64,000 nt of DNA from a virus, in the IMG/VR virus record IMGVR_UViG_3300002220_000910. The stretch is one strand, 5' to 3'. Below, one piece after another: positions 58,980 through 64,000 of this stretch (positions are counted from its first letter, which is position 1; every line of letters begins with the position of its first letter). Below the pieces are notes generated by a model. The model was not told where the DNA came from. It made no database searches and worked only from the letters and a program-made list of their open reading frames with translations. The position numbers were made by a program, and so were the translations under genes.

Positions 58980-59261
58980 TCAATTCCCAGACTGTGATAC
59001 CTCATTTGCACGGACAATGGCGGCAATTACCAGTCCACCCAGGCCGAATCCTGGAATCGCAAGCAAGAATCCCATATTCCACCCTACGGCCCCAGATGTT
59101 TGAACACCCACTCCCCGAGTAGTCGCCTGATCATTGTAATTTTCTACAAGCGGGTTGAGCCCTGGCATCAGAAATGCCCATACGATTGCAGCAACAATGA
59201 TGAGAACGATTATCATCGCGAACATGAATGCCGCTCCAGAGTCGTTTTGCACATATTGCAT
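58980..59261 (-). CDS. Small two-helix membrane protein, candidate virion protein
   Basis: NDSG followed by a hydrophobic helix, polar linker and second helix. Confidence 0.65.
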   Translation of the reverse strand: MQYVQNDSGAAFMFAMIIVLIIVAAIVWAFLMPGLNPLVENYNDQATTRGVGVQTSGAVGWNMGFLLAIPGFGLGGLVIAAIVRANEVSQSGN

Positions 59262-59306
59262 ATAACAAGATAATAACCAAAAAAGTATAAGAATGTTTGT
59301 AAGGAT

Positions 59307-59558
59307 TCAGAATGCTTTCCCGGTGCACGGCAAGGCCCCGCGGATTGCACTCTTGTTGCACGGGGATCCGTCTTTCAAAGTTGGACGGAATCTCCTGGGA
59401 ACTTTCACCGGGTCGTTGGGAAGAGCACTGTAAAGGGTACTGCACCCTTTGATATTGATGCCCATCTTCCCTCCGCAGTACTCACATTTTTCACGGTACT
59501 GAAGCGCCCTCTTGACACGTTTTTGCTTTCCGCAGATTTCACAGTAGATCTTGTTCAT
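59307..59558 (-). CDS. Zn-finger protein
   Basis: CEICG...CEYCG. Confidence 0.6.
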   Translation of the reverse strand: MNKIYCEICGKQKRVKRALQYREKCEYCGGKMGINIKGCSTLYSALPNDPVKVPRRFRPTLKDGSPCNKSAIRGALPCTGKAF

Positions 59559-59833
59559 AGTGGATTCATTCCCCCTTTGTCGCCTCGCCGCGCCGCCTTT
59601 ATATTGTCCAGGATCCCGGTCTTCACGCGCTTCCCGTATGCCTTACCGGACTCTCCAACCTTCCGCGCTCTCCACCCGAGGACTGGGGTATAGTTGCTTC
59701 CGCAGGCTTTGGCGGTCTTGGCTCGGGTCTTGGTGTGGGTACCGGCCCTGGGGGATTTCTCATATACGGTACGTTCTTTGAGAGGTGCTCCTCTCGTTTT
59801 CATATCATGAAGTTGTGACATGGTATTCCTCAC
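59555..59833 (-). CDS. Small basic protein
   Basis: K/R-rich coupled ORF. Confidence 0.55.
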   Translation of the reverse strand: MRNTMSQLHDMKTRGAPLKERTVYEKSPRAGTHTKTRAKTAKACGSNYTPVLGWRARKVGESGKAYGKRVKTGILDNIKAARRGDKGGMNPL

Positions 59834-60555
59834 AGATACATTCGGTACTTATTGAATAAAAGTTCTTTGAATCGTTTCAGGTCACTTTCATCCCTCTTCC
59901 AGTATAGGTGGGCGCTCGATGAGCATGTGGTCAAGGTTCCGACCTTCAGACCGAGCCGGCCGGCAATGAGTTCCATGAGCCCGGTCAACCCGATCCAGTT
60001 GGCCCCGGCCCCACCCAGCATATCATGAGAGCGGAAGAAGAACCGTCCATGGAGAGTTTTCTCACGGTTCAGGAAATGGGCAACCTGAAGACACGGTTGG
60101 TCGTGGGAAGTTTCCCCATCAATCTCCGGCACCCATGTGATGGCATTGGCCCGGCGGCTTTCCGGATTCTTCTCGAGGCGGCGGATGATTTGCTCGATTT
60201 GGTTGATGCCATAACCATTGCCGTTGCCATGCAAATTGAATCTCCCTGGGTAATCCATCAGCCTCCAGGGATACGTGTACACCGGCTCGAGGCCATCTGG
60301 ATATTCGCTCCTGAGCTTCAAGTGGCAAAGGTCGCTCTTGTACTGAGCGATGAATCTCAGCCCGAAATTACATGCCTCACTCACCTGGGGATGGGCCTGG
60401 GGGTGCTCGATGATAGTTGTCACGAGCTCCGGGCACTCCCATGTCTTTTCCCACTTCCCAGGAGAAGTTTCGATGTCAATCTCCTCGGAGTTTTTCATAA
60501 TTTTGGCAACTACCAGTTCATGGGCCGTTGCGATATTGTCGACTTTTATTTCCAC
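59830..60555 (-). CDS. thyA: Thymidylate synthase, archaeal ThyA-type
   Basis: YTY..RL, INQI, SRRA, QPCL, FRSHD....AN (dUMP-specifying Asn), SAHLY. Confidence 0.88.
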   Translation of the reverse strand: MEIKVDNIATAHELVVAKIMKNSEEIDIETSPGKWEKTWECPELVTTIIEHPQAHPQVSEACNFGLRFIAQYKSDLCHLKLRSEYPDGLEPVYTYPWRLMDYPGRFNLHGNGNGYGINQIEQIIRRLEKNPESRRANAITWVPEIDGETSHDQPCLQVAHFLNREKTLHGRFFFRSHDMLGGAGANWIGLTGLMELIAGRLGLKVGTLTTCSSSAHLYWKRDESDLKRFKELLFNKYRMYL

Positions 60556-60691
60556 GGCTACGCCTCCGCTTTTCCGAAGAACTCTCTGTTGAAGTCTGGA
60601 AGGAGATCCACGACATCATCATGAATCTGCTCGTCAGAATATGCTTCAACATCTCCATGAACCAGGAGTTGTACTGGATAAATATTTTTAC

Positions 60692-61366
60692 TCATAGTCG
60701 TTTCACTATTCCAAGTGTTATTCGCCCGGGAGATGGGCTGTTCATCGTGATGATATTTCCCGATTTCAGAACCCTCGTAGCATTGCCGGTTCCGACAATA
60801 CACGGAATTTCACATTCCCTTGCAATGATCGCTGCATGACATGCCATACCACCCTGGTCGGTGATTATTCCAGCAAAATTCTGGAGTCTGGCGTCAGATA
60901 ATGGGTGGGAAATCACCAGTATTTTTCCGTGGTGACGATTGAGATTCTCGGAGGAAACAAAATTTGGATCCGGACAAACCCACACTTCTCCCTGGACACA
61001 GCACCTAACGATCGCTTCTCCACGAACATCGTGCTCATTTCCGAGAACCTCTTTCCTGACGAAGTCCTTTGACCGAAGGTTGTCGAGAGCAGAATTAATT
61101 GCATCCTGCAGATTTATTCCACGGAGGGCACAATAGGTCATAACCTGGAGCATGGCATGCCCGGCATCAGATTTTTCACTCTCTTTCGTTCCATACGGCC
61201 TTGCTATTGGGTTCTCTTTCTGGTCATGAGTGAAGTGTGCAGCAAGGTTGCCCATCTGTGAAAGAGCGATATTAAGCCGGAACCCTGCATCGGATCTTCC
61301 GTCTTTTGAATGGGTAGCAAGTTCTGCTTGCAACTCTTCGATCGTAGTCGGATATCCACCTTTCAA
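60692..61366 (-). CDS. Degenerate MazG-like domain fused to a PEP-utilising swivelling His domain
   Basis: C-terminal ITDQGGMACHAAIIARECEIPCIVG; N-terminal helical MazG-like pattern. Confidence 0.7.
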   Translation of the reverse strand: MKGGYPTTIEELQAELATHSKDGRSDAGFRLNIALSQMGNLAAHFTHDQKENPIARPYGTKESEKSDAGHAMLQVMTYCALRGINLQDAINSALDNLRSKDFVRKEVLGNEHDVRGEAIVRCCVQGEVWVCPDPNFVSSENLNRHHGKILVISHPLSDARLQNFAGIITDQGGMACHAAIIARECEIPCIVGTGNATRVLKSGNIITMNSPSPGRITLGIVKRL

Positions 61367-61587
61367 GATACCACCCTTTCATAGACCTCTTCCAGGAAAA
61401 ATCCTCTTCCAATGACAATCATCCCGAAAACAATCGTGCAAAACACGATAACAATTTTCAGAATAGGTGGGAAAAATGGATTGGCCACGAATTGCATTGC
61501 CGCAGCATATAATCCCCCAAAACCTCCTATGATAATGAAGGTTGTGATAAAAAGGGAAGCGAGTTCCCGAGGTGTTTGTGTTTCCAT
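61363..61587 (-). CDS. Small membrane protein
   Basis: Two TM segments. Confidence 0.6.
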   Translation of the reverse strand: METQTPRELASLFITTFIIIGGFGGLYAAAMQFVANPFFPPILKIVIVFCTIVFGMIVIGRGFFLEEVYERVVS

Positions 61588-61589
61588 GA

Positions 61590-61892
61590 TTACAACCCGT
61601 ATATCTTCGCCAGCATAGGTCGTGCTACGGCGGGTGTTCTCATGATGACAAAACGCTTGCAGAGCATGTAGCCCAGGTAGGCTTTCTCTTCATCGGTCCC
61701 ATCAAAATTGGCGATCTTACGAATACCAACTTCCTTACGACCCCCTTCACGGATGATTTCATCCAGAAGCCAGATGAGTTTCTGTTCTCTCTGTGGGGTG
61801 ATGTTCAACGCATGCGCCAGGGTTTCTTTGTTTGGATCCTGGGGAAGCACTTCCGGCTCAATGCCCGGTACAATATCAGTCGAGTTTCCCAT
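61590..61892 (-). CDS. Hypothetical protein
   Basis: AGGAGA RBS. Confidence 0.6.
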   Translation of the reverse strand: MGNSTDIVPGIEPEVLPQDPNKETLAHALNITPQREQKLIWLLDEIIREGGRKEVGIRKIANFDGTDEEKAYLGYMLCKRFVIMRTPAVARPMLAKIYGL

Positions 61893-61898
61893 AAATAA

Positions 61899-62216
61899 TC
61901 ATTCTCCTTTGTTGTAATTAAATATTCCTCTGTTATCAGTCAATATCTGATTAACGTCAAATCCAAGTGTTTGGATCTTGTGATGCTTCAGATTGAGTTC
62001 CGACTGATGATCGATAATCTCGAATACTTCGTGCCAGAGAAATGCCATGGTCACATTATCATCCATGTTACTATCAAGGGTTATTATGGCACCCATGTAG
62101 TCGACTTCTCCGAATTTTTCTTCCTTTGCCATAAGGGTATCATCGAAAAGAATGGTGTAATCGATTCCCCCAACTCTCACTATTTTATTTTCTAGTTTCT
62201 CGCGTATACATCCCAT
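61899..62216 (-). CDS. Small zincin-like protein
   Basis: FLWHEVFEII (HExxH variant). Confidence 0.55.
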   Translation of the reverse strand: MGCIREKLENKIVRVGGIDYTILFDDTLMAKEEKFGEVDYMGAIITLDSNMDDNVTMAFLWHEVFEIIDHQSELNLKHHKIQTLGFDVNQILTDNRGIFNYNKGE

Positions 62217-63658
62217 GCAATCCCCTCTTCAATCTTGGTATAATTCGGGAGTAGTGCCGGCATCCCGCTACCGTGCTTTGCGATGACATACGAGCCCTGG
62301 TATCCTTGGATACATGCCAGGTTCTCTGAGTACTCTCGAGTCGTAACCAGTTTCCTTTCTATTGGAAGGGACCCAATCATCCTGCAGGCACTCTTGGCAT
62401 CGAGGTAATACGTTGCACTCGGGATGTCAAGATAGAGTAACTCCCCTGACAAATCGTATTTCTCGTTGAATGTGGCATTATCACTTGCCGTCCGGCTCCA
62501 GAAAGCATCCTGGCTCGAGTATGAATCTGACCACAAGGAATTGCCCACGAACCAGACCGCGAAAATGACCACAACTATTGCAATGACAAGATATAACCGG
62601 TCCTGCAGCAGCCAGAAGTATCGTAGGAATTCTATGACGGTGATGACAGCGGGAAATATCATGATGGTATAATGATAAGAGAAAAACTCTTTCTGAATAA
62701 GAATTGATGCGAGTGGGAAGATCCACAATGCTGCAAGAAGAAATATTTTGTCAAGATCTATGGACACCATATCCCTGAAGTTCATCATGAAAGATATCCG
62801 AATAGCCACAATGCAAAGGGCCGCAACAATCCCTATTCCGATGATAGGAGCATTCCACACATTGACGAACAGGTAGTGGAAGAGATAATTCACCCCATCG
62901 AACGGAGGAATATCAACCCCCTTCGCAGCATGGGCTAGTTGCACCGAGAGAAGCATGTCCGGGAGCATGTTTGGAAGATAAAGAATCCAGGCAAGTGCAA
63001 AACATCCTCCTCCAGCAAGCCCTGCTCCATACGCAACAAGGTCGTCTCTTGATGGGAACCCCTTGATTATTATGAATGCGATAAAGATGGTAGGAATGAG
63101 CAAGAGCGTTGACAATTTCAAGAAGATTATTACTACGGATAATATTCCTGCAAGGCCCTGCAGGGTTGGCATCTCAGTGAGTAAGAGCCACATCACCATG
63201 AACGAGAGCATTACTGCCCACCACTCCGCCTGGAAGAAAAACAGGTTGGAAAGTGTTAGCATTCCTATGAATATAATTCCAGCAACCATGTCAGAATCGA
63301 TTGGGTTCTTGTCATAGTACTTTTCTGTAGCATAATTGCAAAACCCAATCAATATTACCCATAATAATAATAGTGCCACGATCTTCAGGATAAGATCTTC
63401 TCCCCACCCAAAAATCTCCGACCAGGATGCTACGAAATAATAGATCATCCGATTGGCAATGGGTTTCAATTCCCAGGAGTTATCAACGGCGTGTAGCAAT
63501 CCGGAAATTGGGGCATCCATAATGGCCTGCTTCCCAGCCCCGATAAACACCTTCGCATCATCAGTGAGTTCCACCTCTGCGAACGAATATATTGAAATTC
63601 CGATGATGACGTAGAGCAGAAAAATGAAAACAAATGGAAGATATTTTTTTATCTCCAT
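62192..63658 (-). CDS. Multi-pass membrane glycosyltransferase (GT-C, ArnT/PMT-like)
   Basis: About 12 TMs; DD after TM1, ELKP, QAE and YHY motifs; C-terminal soluble domain. Confidence 0.7.
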   Translation of the reverse strand: MEIKKYLPFVFIFLLYVIIGISIYSFAEVELTDDAKVFIGAGKQAIMDAPISGLLHAVDNSWELKPIANRMIYYFVASWSEIFGWGEDLILKIVALLLLWVILIGFCNYATEKYYDKNPIDSDMVAGIIFIGMLTLSNLFFFQAEWWAVMLSFMVMWLLLTEMPTLQGLAGILSVVIIFLKLSTLLLIPTIFIAFIIIKGFPSRDDLVAYGAGLAGGGCFALAWILYLPNMLPDMLLSVQLAHAAKGVDIPPFDGVNYLFHYLFVNVWNAPIIGIGIVAALCIVAIRISFMMNFRDMVSIDLDKIFLLAALWIFPLASILIQKEFFSYHYTIMIFPAVITVIEFLRYFWLLQDRLYLVIAIVVVIFAVWFVGNSLWSDSYSSQDAFWSRTASDNATFNEKYDLSGELLYLDIPSATYYLDAKSACRMIGSLPIERKLVTTREYSENLACIQGYQGSYVIAKHGSGMPALLPNYTKIEEGIAWDVYARN

Positions 63659-63942
63659 CACAACTCCTCTCCACGGGGCCCTATGTAGTGACCGGACATT
63701 ACGATGCACTTTGAGTTATCTTCTGGATCCATGGGTACCAACATGACATGGACCTTCTGCGCTTCAGCATAGATGACATGGATATCGATGGCATCTTCTT
63801 CGGAATATCCCGATTTCAGAGTCTGCAGGAACTCCTCGATAACCTTCCGAGTAAATCTTCCGCAGAATGTGGATCTCTTTACCTCGTTACCTTCCATGGC
63901 AGCAATTGCCACAGATTTGTTTTTGTCGGTGAGTATCTTCAT
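63658..63942 (-). CDS. Hypothetical protein
   Basis: Coupled ORF. Confidence 0.55.
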   Translation of the reverse strand: MKILTDKNKSVAIAAMEGNEVKRSTFCGRFTRKVIEEFLQTLKSGYSEEDAIDIHVIYAEAQKVHVMLVPMDPEDNSKCIVMSGHYIGPRGEEL

Positions 63943-64000
63943 GATATCCGTCCTTCTGTTATGATAGAAATTACTTTTACTGTACGATTTTCGTAAACTG

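Noticed and set aside
59830..60555. dCMP hydroxymethylase
   Set aside because: Retains the dUMP-specifying Asn (GANW) and archaeal ThyA motifs; a dUMP hydroxymethylase cannot be excluded by eye.
1..64000. CRISPR array, IS transposase, integrase, rRNA, head-tail virion genes
   Set aside because: No regularly spaced repeats or diagnostic motifs were seen in this window.

Overview
This window looks like part of a large archaeal virus or virus-like element genome. The host is probably a Methanomicrobiales methanogen, inferred from the PKD domains, DUF1628-type pilin and archaeal-type ThyA; no database search was run. From left to right: (i) a minus-strand envelope/structural module (1-10.5 kb) with small two-helix membrane proteins, PKD proteins, a collagen-like fibre and a type IV pilin; (ii) a ~1.4 kb non-coding cluster (12.3-13.7 kb) with two canonical tRNAs and several tRNA-mimic RNAs; (iii) an AT-rich candidate origin next to a Prim-Pol/helicase gene; (iv) a DNA modification and metabolism block (DpdA-like protein, intein-containing MTase, radical SAM, intein-containing DUF4326, DinG-like helicase, PD-(D/E)XK nuclease); (v) a plus-strand replication/recombination block (Rad52-like, Hfq-like, SF2 helicase, PolB); (vi) a mosaic of small cassettes sharing junction motifs, then a dual-frame C5-MTase; (vii) a ~2050-aa protein with tandem nucleotidyltransferase-like domains; (viii) an array of small basic proteins; (ix) ThyA, a MazG-like/His-domain fusion and a GT-C glycosyltransferase. 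No head-tail (HK97, terminase, portal) genes or CRISPR array were seen. The best finding is a 40-nt insertion in the pilin gene that folds into a canonical bulge-helix-bulge motif; excision at the standard cut sites exactly restores the conserved pilin sequence, so it is a probable archaeal mRNA intron in a viral gene. The tRNA-mimic cluster is the second major finding. All RNA folds were done by hand.
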